Positions 49,801-63,399 of a DNA stretch of 64,000 bases are shown here, one piece after another; the stretch's first letter is position 1, and every line of letters begins with the position of its first letter. The DNA is from Octopus sinensis (taxonomy: Eukaryota). Under the pieces are notes generated by a model that worked only from the letters and a program-made list of their open reading frames with translations, was not told the origin of the DNA and ran no database searches. Location: contig NC_043006.1 of the NCBI RefSeq assembly GCF_006345805.1, positions 18,848,001-18,912,000 of the forward strand, written 5' to 3'. The translations under genes and the position numbers were made by a program.

Positions 49801-50120
49801 ACACTGATAATATTCTTTTGTGCTACCTTTAGTTTCATACTTTCTTCTTGGGCCCCTACTGGCATTCATGGTATTAATTTCTTTAGATGTGGTTAAATGT
49901 TCATCATTAAGAAATTTCAATTGCAGTGCACTGATTTCTGTAGCTCTACACATCTGTACTGGTTTTTTTTCCAAATCAAGATCATGTTCTCTCAACAACC
50001 ACATTCTGAGACTATCACTAAGAATTCCACAGACAATTCTGTTTTTAATGAGCTCATCATGCAATACCCCAAACTCACAAGTTTTAGATTTATTCTACCA
50101 AAACAGCTCTCGAAAGTTTT
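46800..50120 (-). mobile_element. degenerate Ty3/Gypsy internal region (gag-PR-RT-RNaseH-IN), no LTRs found
   Basis: gag DELIKNRIVCGI plus Cys/His knuckle (49633-50064); PR AKLATGAQ; RT LDAESGFWQ..PFG..VDDILV (48675-48908); RH QRMLLHLQKYD; IN VDCFSKYPE..PQFTSAEF..HATSSPTYSKSNGQA; C-terminal GGQYQRNRGQL. Domain order is Gypsy-type. Confidence 0.9.
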
Positions 50121-51289
50121 AAACCGCCTTTGTGTTCTGTTATATATATACATATACATACACAATACTTCCATACACATATACAAATATTAGCAATGTA
50201 TGTATATATAAATTATATATAAATCTGTGTATATATTTACATGTGTGTGTATAACTACATATATATATACATACATACACACATATGTTTGTATGCATAC
50301 GTAAAGAAGTTAGAAAATATTTAAAGCCATTTGTATCGCAAACATATTTTCTCGTTTATTGCTAAACAAATATTAAATGAAGGAGCATATTAAATATTAC
50401 ATAATCGCCATTACACTACAAACAAACGTTCTGTTCTATTTGTGCATAAAATAGATTTCAAGCAAGACAATTTCTGAAATTGAATGTCATACCGATGTCC
50501 AATTATATTTTACGCTCGAAAAGAGAACTTAAGCTTCTGGCAAATACAAATCTATAATAAAAAAGTAAACAGGTAGATTTATTACCAGACAACAATATTA
50601 TTGTGAACAATATGCGCGTGTACGATAAACGTAACTACATAACTGGAGACTTGATGTAATGATAATTTGGTGAATTCTTGGCTTAGTCTTCTGCTATAGC
50701 ACAATAGGTGAATAAAGTTGAACAGCTACTCTGACAGGAACAGGAACAAGAACAGTAAAGGCATCGCCAGCAGTATCAGCAAAGATCAACATCTAATAAT
50801 TTGTTGTGATGACCTGAGGAGTGACCTGTCTGTCTTTAGAGAAATCAGAATGTCAGTTATTGGCACAAACATTTCCTTGCATTGAAAAATCAAACATATA
50901 TTTACTACAGTCCATTATAGCTTCTTCTCCTACTGTTATTCATTCTATTCCTTGCTTTTCTCCACCTCATCTCCTTTCCATTCTACTCCAGCACTACCAC
51001 AACTTAATACCCCTACTGCTGCTACTGCTTTAAAATGCAGGTCGGTCTTTCGGGCGCCGTTATTTCTCTACTCTGAAAGTTTCATTTCATATGACGTACA
51101 GGTTTCCCATCTTTTTTCCTGAGTAAGAGGCACATAATACCCACAGGTTTTACATCAGTACAACACAATAGGTATTTTCGTGTAGTTTTATCCGTCACTG
51201 GTATTTTAACCCAGGCCTGAGGGATACCGTGATATTTTGGTGGATCATTAATCACTACGCTCCTCAACATGCCAAAAATTCGATAGTTC

Positions 51290-52490
51290 GTTTCTGAGTC
51301 TCCTCGCTCACAAACGTGGTCTTTATTTCACTCGAAATCGCTACCATCATCTCTTACTCAAACAGAAACCTTGCAACTCATTCTTCTCCGGGATACAAGT
51401 TTCTAATCGCCTAGCAATAATCATTTCCTCTGTTCGAAAAATCCTCCATTCAAATTTCACCACGTATATTCCTTAAATAGATTCCGCTTTCTATGCCCGT
51501 CACTTCACTCACTTGAATATCGACAGCAGTAACTTTCAGGTTCAACGTCTATCCCTATCACTCACTGCTTTTTTACCGCTCACTGAATTGTCCAAATCCT
51601 CAGCAACATAGTTATTGTAAGCCCTTCCGTTTTCAGCACATATATGTCACTTCATATTTACCTGTATCCTTCGTTCTTAATGACCTTAACATTCACAGTC
51701 CCTGGTAGATTATATCCCATATTCATGTTGCCAACGAAGAAACCGAATCTTTTCACAATCCTTAAGGCTCTATATAACCTTTGTTTGTTCCCCACAACCT
51801 CATATTCCGAACACAGCTGATATCATTTTTCACATCCAAACCTAATCTATATCAAACCGTGGCAACATCTGCACCTCTCGGGTCGTCCGTCCACTGGCTT
51901 ATTGCAGTTACTAAAAAAACACAAGCATATGCCAGATAGGAACCCACACTCCACTCCTCATAGAATTTCAAGTTATCCGACAGTTTAGTCTTCCACTAAA
52001 TTAATGCTAACTTTTCCTAGAGGAACACGTTCCTTGTTCTTCACCCATCAGAAACGACCAGGTAAGCGATTGAAACTAAACTTTTAGTTATATCCCCCCA
52101 CATCCCAGGCAATGAAAGCGCAATACCTTCAGTCTTCTAGGTGTTTCACTCCAGTTACACTATAGCTTCAAGCAGCAGCCTTGGCCTTCTCCACACGTAA
52201 AATCTCACCCACCTCCAAGAACTCAACAATACACCTTTTGCAAGAACATTATCCGAACAGTACAAAATGATATTCTTTATCAGACATGCCCCAAGTACCC
52301 CCACTTCCCAAACTATAGTCCATTTTTCTGATCCCTTGCCAAAAGAATTAGTCGCATTTACAGAATTTTCTTTTAATCTACTTCTGAATATCGATAGTTT
52401 GTGAACAGTACCATCGCGGACAAAGCCTTCACTTTTTGCTGCCGCCTTGTATCCAACTCCACGTAGCATACCCTTGGCAAACTTCCTCCA
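51290..52490 (+). mobile_element. decayed APE-endonuclease LINE ORF2 5' part (CR1/Jockey-like)
   Basis: HHLLLKQKP..GIQVS; NDLNIHSPW; FFTSKPNLY..SAPLGSSVHWLI; SLAKRIS..TIADKAFTF..SNST; numerous stops and frameshifts. Confidence 0.55.
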
Positions 52491-53038
52491 AATCAAGCGC
52501 TTTCATTCCACGTGTTCACACTTTGCACCCGCAGGCGCGCACGCACGCCACAAGTAAAAGTAAATCTGATTGCTTAAAAAAAACAAAGGTACCGGTCCTT
52601 ACGACGCTTGGACGATTTGTCATCAGGTCAATTAGTTTCCAGGTCAATATAATCATCATCCAAGTCAGAACTACACTTGATGGTTTCATTTTGTTTTACT
52701 GGCTTCGGCTTTCTAATGTTTGTTTTGGTTTCGGTTCAACCTACGCGCGTGGAAAAGGCAATGGTTTATTAATTCGAGTAATGGAGTAGGTATTGATTCG
52801 ATGCTACGACTGTTTTCCAGAATGTGTGGAACATGTTTTGTTCAATATGTAACGTAATTAAATAGCATTGGTGGTTTCAGTGATAGAGGTAGGATACCAG
52901 TGAGAGTAACTCATATATGAGACATCTTTGAATTCTGTTAGGAAGAATATGTTGAGCATAATGGATAAAACAGAAATGCCAAACCAAGCAAAAGAAGTAA
53001 TGCAAAAGTATATATAAACAAGAAAACACAGAGTGAAA

Positions 53039-53378
53039 ACCTCCGCCAAGGCAACATCAACCTCCTCTCAACGATTAGCCGGAGATGAGTTTTAAAATGA
53101 GAATGTCTGAAATAAACTCGACTGTTCTCACAAGCGAAAATACTAAAAATGAAACCGACTGCTCTCAAAAATTAGGTTAAAAAAAAGGAAAAATAATCTA
53201 GAATCGTTTCCGGTGCCAGGTCGATCCCAAAATCTACGAAATTCATGCCAGTCATGAGGTCAAACATCCCTAAATGTTTCATCCGAATCCATCCAGCGAT
53301 TCTTGAGATATCTTTCCACGGACAGACAAACACGACTGAAAACAATACCTCCTCTTTCGCTAAGGCGCAGGAAATAAT
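53039..53378 (+). mobile_element. Helentron-associated (HINE/DINE-1-like) non-autonomous element
   Basis: Starts acctccgccaagg; contains gtttcatccgaatccatccagcgattcttgag and gacagacaaac; ends aaaacaatacctcc..aaggcgcaggaaataa (decayed subterminal inverted repeat). Confidence 0.6.
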
Positions 53379-53585
53379 GACATTAGATGGACAATTGCTA
53401 CACTGAGGAAAAATTTAATTTCCAAAAAGTAGATTCTCATAATATTAAATTTAAATGTCATAATGTATTTGTCAATTACTTGTTTTGTTGCTTTCTGCGT
53501 TCGATACTTTAGAGTATAAACATCTTTAAATAGATAAAAAAAACTTTTGTTTTAGCTATTTTCTGTTTAAATAAACACTTAAGTA

Positions 53586-53922
53586 AGGGTAAAGACCCCC
53601 TTCGGTCATGAATGACCATGGGATCGCACCTAGAAAGTTACCCTCCTAGACACAAGTCCGGGCAAGGTTGTTTATGGAAGACCAGCAGTCGTCCATGCAT
53701 ACCGGCCTTCCCTGTCCCCACCACCAGTGTTATCCAAGGGAAAGACAAAGGTCGATACAGCTTGGCACCAGTGACGTCGCAACTCATTTCTACAGCTGAG
53801 TGAACTGGAGCAACGTGAAATAAAGTGCCTTGCTCAAGAACACAACACGCAGCCCGGTCCGGGATTCGAGCTCACAACCTCACGATCGTAAGCTCGACGC
53901 TCTAACCACTGAGCCATGCGCC
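53586..53922 (-). mobile_element. family-D SINE, full length
   Basis: ggcgcatggctcagtggttagagcg..gctcgaatccc; tail ccatggtcattcatgaccgaagggggtc; ttaagta on both flanks. Confidence 0.88.
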
Positions 53923-55089
53923 TTCACATTTAAGTATAATCTGTATTACCATATATATCCTACACTCATAATTTTATGAGTATTCTTTTGTTTTGAAGTA
54001 TGTATTCGGTAAAAGAATCTATGTATTAAGTAAAATATGAAGAAAAGAAAAACAGGAAAAAGGTAAAATTTGGTAAAGACTATCTTTTTTCATTGCATCG
54101 TTTTCTTGTTTCTTCTTTCACTCGTTATTCCCTACATATTTAATTCCAGCATGAGGAGAATATCTTTTATTTATTAACGACAGCTCAATGACATATTTAT
54201 TCAGTATTTGATAACCTGAAGGCTTTCTCTCATATGTACTGGACATTAATTTCACCTCATAATCTGTGACGAATGGACATACAATCGATATACCATGCTA
54301 TACTATTACGTTTCTATTTACCTCAAACATTGTAGTTGGACCCATACATATCAGATTGATATGTATGAGAATGGAACCATTTCAGTCTAATCTCTTTCGA
54401 CAACAACAAAAAAAATAAAGTGAATCTCACATCAGGAAAACATCATCGCACTACAAAACTAGAACATTCAAAATTCTTCATCTAAATGAAGGACTTCAAA
54501 TAAACCAAGCATCTTTTCTGGTGAAAGGTCATCCTTGATAAAACTAAGACTGCATCTGAAAAACTGGTCCATCCTTTCGGGGGCCTTGAAAATACTTCAG
54601 CTCTACACAATTAATTACGAACTACAAAGCACAAGTGAAACTCATATTAGTCACATATTAGTCTAACATCTTGGACAGTGATGCTTTTGCACACATATAG
54701 AGGCAATTTTCAAATCATCTAGAGAATGAGTATTCGATGAATCAGGCTTAAAATTGCGGACATTCACTAGTCTCTGACAGACAGGCGCGATATTTCCTCT
54801 CTGCATTTTCTACAGCTACAGCAATTGAGTTTACTTCTTCGAGGTGTCAGTTACCATGCTAAATCCACTCCAGCATTCCCGTCTCCCACGTCTTGTTATC
54901 ACTAATCACTCTTGGTCCTTATTAACAAGGCCTTACTCTAACCACGCTAGTTTACGACGCATCAACGACATAAGTTCAGCCATCTTAGTGAGTCTGCGAA
55001 TGCTATATGTGCTGTTTTCCGCAGCAAACTGCACATATAAAACACACACACACACACACACACTCTCTCTCTCTCTCTCTCTCTCTCCC

Positions 55090-55142
<53 letters not shown>

Positions 55143-55393
55143 AATGTATATTCATTCGTTCATTTCTTCTTTCATTCTTTTACTGCTTTTAGGTATGAAT
55201 GGTTTCGAAAAAACTGAGAGATTGGAAGAAATCATTGGTGTTCGAAGTATTAATTGGTGGTGAGCGATTTAGTGTTGTGAATATTGAAATCTAGATAGAG
55301 CAGTGGATTTATAATGGGTAACAAACTAGAAGGAGCAGTGAAATATCCTACGAATAACATCTTGTTTTTAGAAATGACATACTGGCTAACATG

Positions 55394-55779
55394 TGGAGGC
55401 GCAATGGCTCAGTGTTTAGGACAGCGGACTCGCGGTCATAGGATCGCGGTTTCGATTCCTAGACCGGGCGTTGTGAGTGTTTATTGAGCGAAAACACCTA
55501 AAAAGCTCCACGAGGCTCCGGCAGGGATGGTGGTGATCCCTGCTGTACTCTTTCACCACAACTTTCTCTCACTCTTACTTCCTGTTTCTGTTGTACCTGT
55601 ATTTCAAAGGGCTGGCCTTGTCACTCTCTGTGTCACGCTGAATATCCCCGAGAACTACGTTAAGGGTACACGTGTCTGTGGAATGCTCAGCCACTTACAC
55701 ATTAATTTCACGAGCAGGCTGTTCCGTTAATTCGGATCAACCGGAACCCTCATCGTCGTAACCGACGGAGTGCTTCAAG
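55394..55779 (+). mobile_element. family-B SINE (tail variant 1), 13-bp TSD
   Basis: TSD actggctaacatg at 55381-55393 and 55780-55792. Confidence 0.9.
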
Positions 55780-56511
55780 ACTGGCTAACATGGTTAGAGT
55801 GCGAATAGGACTAAGTTGTGACGCACGCAGTTTGAAAGCCTTGGACTATTAGTTTTCTTAATTGACAACATATTTAATTAATATAATGGAGTGGAATTAA
55901 TCAATATCGATCCATCATTAATATTATTTCCATTTAATTATTTTTTTTAATTAAGGCTTTGATTTGCAAAGGTAAAAATATGCATTCAGGTATTCTGTTC
56001 TTATCAGAAATCTGTTCTTCTTTATAACAGGCTGGCCCTCCATAAACTCAAATTAAACCTCCATTTAACTGATTTTCAGATATCTGAGATGGTGCTGACG
56101 GCATATGCAAAAAATTACATTTGGGATATACAGAACTGAAAAAATATACACCCACTACAACAATATTACCATTAGCTGTTAAACACACATTTTCTTTTCT
56201 CAACATATTTCTGAAGTTCCAACATGGCCTACTCAAAATACTTATTTCTCTGTTTAGTCAACTAGGTATTCCTGTACATCACTTGCCACAAATAACAATC
56301 GAATCTCCTTCAAATCACATATCTATTTAATTTATAAGACAGAAATTGTACATTCCGTAATGAAGTAACAGAAACATTGCGTGATAGATGATAAATGATA
56401 AATGATAAGCTAGACAGCTTTCGATTATAGATCTACGCAATGAGCGCTGACCAGTGGTACGAAACTCCAACTCCAACATATCTACTCATCTTGATGTCGG
56501 AATATTAAACA

Positions 56512-56690
56512 GGCGCAGGAGTGGCTGTGTGGTAAGTAGCTTGCTAAACAGCCACATGGTTCCGGGTTCAGTCCCACTGCGTGGCATCTTGGGCAAGTGT
56601 CTTCTGCTATAGCCCCGGGCCGACCAATGCCTTGTGAGTGGATTTGGTAGACGGAAACTGAAAGAAGCCTGTCGTATATATGTATATATG

Positions 56691-56727
<37 letters not shown>

Positions 56728-56940
56728 ATGTTTGTGTGTCTGTGTTTGTCCCCCTAGCATTGCTTGACAACCGATGCTGGTGTGTTTACGTCCCCGTCAC
56801 TTAGCGGTTCGGCAAAAAGAGACCGATAGAATAAGTACTGGGCTTACAAAGAATAAGTCCCGGGGTCGATTTGCTCGACTAAAGGCGGTGCTCCAGCATG
56901 GCCGCAGTCAAATGACTGAAACAAGTAAAAGAGTAAAAAA
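56512..56940 (+). mobile_element. family-A SINE
   Basis: Full head to tail. Confidence 0.9.
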
Positions 56941-57310
56941 AATAGAGAATATATCCACAGAATATCAAATTTCAAGAATTTTATTACCTTAAAATATTTT
57001 TCCCTGTTGAGATCTCGCATCTGAAGTCTGAGATCAACATCAGATTCATGGAATGCTCCTTTCTGGGAGTTTTGTGAAGATTTTTCACCTTACAGAAATA
57101 ACTGCTCTTTAGAATTTAGGTTATTTAACAGAGAAAAGAGAAGTACCACCAATAGATAAGATACTGCATATATTCTTGGTCTGATCAGTTTAATGTTGAT
57201 ACATTGGGATTAGGAATTTTAGAATTTTAAAAATATGGAAAGGCTTTTATTATTCATATCGGAGGGATTGATTTCGTTGCCTACGATATGAAAATCTGTT
57301 TCCTAAACGT

Positions 57311-57340
<30 letters not shown>

Positions 57341-57348
<8 letters not shown>

Positions 57349-57641
57349 ACTTTCTTTTCTTTTTTGACCGACCAGACCATCAGCTATTGTTACACATCGC
57401 TGGTCACAATGCCGTCGCAGTTTTAGCCTTCGAATGACGCCACCCCGCTGGCTAAGCGAGCAGGCCAACAGAAGAAAGAGTGGGAGAAAGAGTGGTGAAA
57501 GAGTACAGCAGGGATCACCCACACCCTGCCGGAGACTCGTGGAGCTTTTAGGTGTTTTCGCTCAATAAGCACACACAACGCCCGCTCTGGGAATCGAAAC
57601 CGCGAGTCCGCTGCCCTAACCACTAGGCCATTGCGCCTCCA
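57341..57641 (-). mobile_element. family-B head with tail variant 2
   Basis: Head tggaggcgcaatggcctagtgg; after ctcttt..ctc the sequence switches to ttggcctgctcgcttagccagcggggtggcgtc... Confidence 0.85.
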
Positions 57642-57684
57642 CATATACATACATACATACATACATACATATATTATATATATA

Positions 57685-57733
<49 letters not shown>

Positions 57734-58381
57734 ATATATATACACATATATATATATATATATACATATATATATGTGTGTGTGCGTGTGTGTGCATGTG
57801 TGTGTGTATGTATGTATCGACATTACATTATAGTACATTAATAGTTTAAATATAGTACATATTAGTTTAAAATTTAGCATTAAAATAAATCAAACCAAGA
57901 TTATATGAAATCGAGCAATTCAATTAATTCATTTCTGCAATGTTGAACTTAGCTGTTCGGAATTTAACCGGTATAAAAGAATATAAGATGGGAATCTACG
58001 AAATATTGATACACATACGTGCACACGCGCACGCACTCACACGAAGTCACTCGCACAAACACGTACACACACATGGACACATATATAAGCTTACACACAG
58101 GCATATGCAATCACATACATACATATAAACAGATAAATAAATAGATTTATGCATAGATATTTGAGTGTGCATCTTTGTGTATATGAGTGTACGTATAGAT
58201 TAACAAACGCGGAACAAATAGTAAATATAGGCAGTAAATGTTATTTTCTTCGCAATGTCAATGCACTGAATTACTGTCTTCCCTTCTACAAAAATGAGAA
58301 TTCTTATTTCGGAACATATGAGTATTTTGAATAAGTACATATATTCCTATATGCATGTACACACACACACACACACACATG

Positions 58382-58477
<96 letters not shown>

Positions 58478-58586
58478 TAATCGGAAGAGTATGCATGGCG
58501 TTCAATCATATAATAATATAAATAATATATATATGCTTTTATACATACGTATATATACATACTTACCTCTATACGTATCTATATAT

Positions 58587-58656
<70 letters not shown>

Positions 58657-58674
58657 ATATATATATATATATAT

Positions 58675-59084
58675 GTGGCTGTGTGGTAAGTAGCTTGCTA
58701 ACCAACCACATGGTTCCGGGTTCAGTCCCACTGCGTGGAATCTTGGGCAAGTGTTTTCTGCTATATCCTCGGGCCGACCAATGCCTTGTGAGTGGATTTG
58801 GTAGACGGAAACTGAAAGAAGCCTGTCGTATATATGTATATGTATATATAAGTGTGTGTGTATATGTTTGTGTGTCTGTGTTTGTCCCCCTAGCATTGCT
58901 TGACAACCGATGCTGGTGTGTTTACGTCCCCGTCACTTAGCGGTTCGGCAAAAGAGACCGATAGAATAAGTACTGGGCTTACAAAGAATAAATCCCGGGG
59001 TCGATTTGCTCGACTAAAGGCGGTGCTCCAGCATGGCCGCAGTCAAATGACTGAAACAAGTAAAAGAGTAAAAGAAACAAAAGA

Positions 59085-59085
<1 letters not shown>
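58675..59085 (+). mobile_element. family-A SINE
   Basis: First few nt replaced by (TA)n; otherwise complete. Confidence 0.9.
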
Positions 59086-59137
<52 letters not shown>

Positions 59138-59145
59138 ATATATAT

Positions 59146-59357
59146 AAAGTTAATCCAAACATGAAAACACAAGAGAAAACACAACAACGCGAGGACGTGG
59201 AACATACATAGTATTATTGGACGCTCAGGAAAGAAGGAAAGAAGGAGGGTTTAACGTTTCGAGCGGAGCTCTTCGTCGGAAACATAGGAGAAGGAAAGAT
59301 CCAGAGAAGGGAAGACAGAGGAAAAAAAATTGCCAACGGTACACACGCGGTCACATT

Positions 59358-59362
<5 letters not shown>
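59146..59362 (-). mobile_element. roughly 215-bp PLE-like insert between (TA)n arrays, with a variant hammerhead at 59249-59283
   Basis: Minus strand gttt-CCGACGA-a-gagc-tcc-gctc-GAAACGT-t-aaac. Confidence 0.55.
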
Positions 59363-59434
<72 letters not shown>

Positions 59435-59437
<3 letters not shown>

Positions 59438-60835
59438 TATGTGGGCACAGGACGTCACGAAACATGTACAACAAAAGAATATGAACTACGAGTACATGGA
59501 ATATGAATTATGTTTTCGAACAACGAAAGACAAAGGAAAAACAAGATAAACTGTATAAAGAACGATCCATCATAAGTTGTTTGTTGGCTGTTTTTCTACT
59601 CTCGTATTTCGAGCATTTAACAAAAATATACGCTTTCGATAAAGCACTTGCTCCCGCAAAGCAAATTGGATAATAAATTTTGGGATTTTGTGGTGTGTTA
59701 AAATTGGTAACACAAAAAGGACAGTGAAATGAACAGGAAGGGCTGGTAAGCCTAAAAGAGGTTGTGGTGGCGAACGCGTAAATCAAGCTTGGACAGGATA
59801 CAGACAAGAACATGTCTTCCTTGTTCCAGCTACAACGGAGAGAAAGTAAGAAACACGCACACAAATATATACATATAGGTGAGAAAGTTGGTGTATGAAA
59901 GCACGTGGTTGGATATATAGAAAATAGGAAAGAGTGAAAAAACTATAGAAGGCTTGTTTTATAAGGTTAAAGAATATATTTAAGTCATTATGTTAGAAAA
60001 ATGTTAGAAAATTTTGCATATAGTAACATAGTTTTTGGAGAAATTACTGGTTTCGTGTTAACTTTTCAAATTTCTTAAATGTCTTTACCTACATCATGTC
60101 ATGTCTTCGTTATGCAGTGCAAAGAAGAGTTCCAGGCAGGGGGAGGTAATAAGCGATTTCTTCCGGTATAAAGGAGATAATCGCTTTGTATTTCTTTTCC
60201 TCTTTTTTAATGAGATGAGTTTCTCTATATAAGAATGTTAGGATGGTTAAGTTCAGGCTTATATTTTTCAATGAAGAATGTTTCCTTGTTTAATCTAATT
60301 TGTGTTGTTGATAGAATGGAAAGATTACAAATTGTGGTAGTAGTTGCTTTGCGCATTTCTCAATATGCTCACTAAAGGGAATCATTCTGTATTCTGGGAA
60401 TGCAATCTGTTGTCGATGCAGAGTGCATCTGCGTCTGAGTGATAATCTCGTGGACCCCACGTAGTTCTGGTGGCAGCCCGAGCACCTTATGACATAAATT
60501 ATGTTTTCAGAAGCACAAGTAAAATTAGATCTGATCTTGAATTTTTGTCCCTCTTTGAAAAGGAATTCTGATCCTTCTAGAAGGTTTGGGCATGTTACGC
60601 AGTTTGGTCTACCACATTTTTTTTACTTTTGCATCCGTAATTTCAGAAAACAATTTTGCCTTTGTGAGAATCTTTTTAAGTGATTTAGGTTGTTTGTAGC
60701 TTTTAATGATTTTATGTATATTTAGAATTTCCTTTAATTTGGGGTCCTTATGAAGTATTGGTAAATTCTGGGTGATGATGGTGAAGGCTTCTTTGTTTCT
60801 GGGGTTGTATGTGGATATGTAACGAAAGGAATGAT
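59435..60835 (-). mobile_element. Penelope-like element 3' part: GIY-YIG endonuclease remnant (60225-60835) plus long 3' region
   Basis: Minus-strand translation STYNPRNK..LPILHKDPKLKEIL..KSYKQPKSLKKIL..KCGRPNCVTCPNL..FTCASENIIYVIRCSGCHQNYVGSTRLSLRRRCTLHRQQI..RLNKETFFIEKYKPELN; one stop and one frameshift. Confidence 0.85.
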
Positions 60836-60849
60836 AATCCTTTCTACTA

Positions 60850-61250
60850 CAGACACATGGTCGGAAATTTTATGGGAGGTGGTTAATCAATTACGTTGAG
60901 CCCAGTGCTTGCCTCATTCTTGATTTATCGACCCTGAAAAGGTGAAATGCAAAATCAGCCTGGACGGTTTTTAAACTAAGAAAGTAAAGTTTCGGAAGAT
61001 ACGTTGTTAAGTGTTGTCTCTAGCGCACTAACGATTCTATCAGATCGCCGTCTTAACAATAGCAATTATAGTTTCCAATTTTGGTACAATGCCAGCAATT
61101 TCGGAGGAGTACTCCAGTACTCATCCGCGAAGGAATGAAAGGCAAAGTCAACCTGGGAGGAATTTGAACTCAGAACGTAAAGATGGATGCAATAAGGCTA
61201 AGTATTTTGCCCGGCGCGATAATGATACTCCCAGATAGCCGCCGTAGCAA
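60850..61250 (-). mobile_element. two adjacent diverged family-C SINEs
   Basis: tatcgaccctgaaaaggtgaaatgcaaa.. and aaggaatgaaaggcaaagtcaacctgggaggaatttgaactcagaacg. Confidence 0.7.
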
Positions 61251-61273
61251 TAACAATGATGATCACATTGAAT

Positions 61274-61373
<100 letters not shown>

Positions 61374-61559
61374 CAAAACGCTCCCGTCCAATGAACAGTG
61401 CTGAGTTGTCAAACATTTAAACCAAATTTTCTCAAAACAACTTGTCCGACCGACCCATAGGCCTCCCCATTGAGAAACACTGATTTAACCTAAATTTGAG
61501 ACACCAGCAAAAGAAGAAATAAAGATAGACTTTTTTCTATTCCAAAGAATGCTTTATGG

Positions 61560-61715
61560 ATCGCATTCTCACCTGGAATCGATTTTTATAATTTTCTCAA
61601 GACGCCCTGTTACCGTCGGTATCTACATATCAAATTTGAACGCAATTGGATGGAGGATGCCTGAGATCCTAGAAGACATACACACAGCCAGACAGAGTAG
61701 TTTTTTTTATTATAT

Positions 61716-61720
<5 letters not shown>
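61560..61720 (-). mobile_element. Helitron/HINE-like fragment
   Basis: caaatttgaacgcaattggatggaggatgcctgagatcctagaagac..cagacagagtagtttttttattata, comparable to ends of 12625-13170 and 53039-53378. Confidence 0.45.
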
Positions 61721-61794
<74 letters not shown>

Positions 61795-62864
61795 TATATA
61801 AATGTGTGTGTGTGTGTGTAAGGATCAATGTGCATGTGTTTTTAGAGAAATAGACAGTCAGACAAACAGAAGAAGATAAAAGGAAGACCAAAGTTTTATT
61901 TTTATTTGAGCTGGTGTAAATATCAACAGGCAAGTGCATTTGAGTTAAAAATCGATATTTTTGCTTCTACATTTAAGTTATAGAATTCAATACAGTATCC
62001 TCGCTTCGCCCCTTTGCGACGATATTTCTTTTCATAAGGATATCTTACAATCTTGATTTATTTGTTGCATAAACATATAGAATGAAAGAAATATTTTCCA
62101 TTGACAGGCTAAACAACAACAATAACAATAACAATAACAAACATAATAGGATTCTCCCCAAATCAAATCAATGTCAAATTTTATACTTTTGTGAGTTGGC
62201 ATATTTATAATCTATAATACTATGTGCGCTCATATTAAACTGGTAAAATAGCTGATATAATATTATAAATACCATCATTTATCTTTCAGATATATTGGTT
62301 TCGTCGTCACCATATCTTGAAAATGAAATATTTTGATTAATTTTTTATATAATATAAACTGGTATAACCTATTCTTTTCATTGTAAGGTTATACTTGAGC
62401 TCAGTTTTTATTTTAGATCTTGCTATGGGTTTGTTGTTATTTGTCATAGTGTTTGTCTGTTAGAATTTTATGCCTTTATTCTGTATTATTTCAAACAGAA
62501 ATCAATACATTATATAACAATTATACTGACAGAAGCATTCGATCATATTTTCAACGTGGATTCAGATTTCAAGATCTTGCAAATTTTTTCTGCTTGACAT
62601 CATAGAATACCTTATGTGCCGATCATATGATACTTTTATGTATTTGTTGGTTGAGTTCTTCATAAGCTGAAAACAAATGTAAAATTTGATTTAAAATATG
62701 ATTGTAAGAATAAGATCAGGAAAAAACATTTTTTCGTGCAAATGTGATATGTCGTAGTAAATCGCTTCCAGTTTTGTAGATGTAATACTGCAGCTGCAAC
62801 ACAAATGGTTTTATAGTCTCTTGATTAATATATCATATATCACATATTTGTATATCATATGTTG

Positions 62865-62931
<67 letters not shown>

Positions 62932-63399
62932 CGATATAGTGTATATTTATACACATAAGGAATCCACTTTAACGTGAATTCAACACATTAGAAAGAACAG
63001 CTAGTTACTGTAAACCACAAAAATAACGGAAATACTGTATATATATATATACACCGAATAATCGTACGAAATAAACCACAATCAGCAACAGAAGAAGCAT
63101 AGATTGACTTCGTCTTCATCTGTCCGTCTATGAGTAAAGATCTAAGTCCTTTGAATGGGCAAGTATTTAATCTCTGTCATAGAGAGCAGTACAAAATATA
63201 TTGACAGTGTGTGTCTGCTGGCTACGGTTGTAATGCAAGCTGTAAAATTTCTGTTTTCTCTACTTTCTGTCTTTCACCTCCCACTTTTCTGTTTTGTCTC
63301 TCTTTTTCACACTCCCTTCTTGAAGAGAATAATAGAATACGAAAAAACTAACACCACTCTTTTCTATTACTATGACTGAAAGGCAAACCGGAAAAAATT

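Noticed and set aside
52938-53168. Possible second exon with a transmembrane segment, phase-compatible with the 54937 donor
   Set aside because: Its acceptor and first half lie inside the Helentron-like element (53039-53378), and T-rich minus-strand DNA gives hydrophobic ORFs by chance.
55985-56012. U2 snRNA-like words (tctgttcttatcag; also gatcagtttaat near 57183)
   Set aside because: Matches of only 12-15 nt without the rest of U2; expected by chance in AT-rich DNA.
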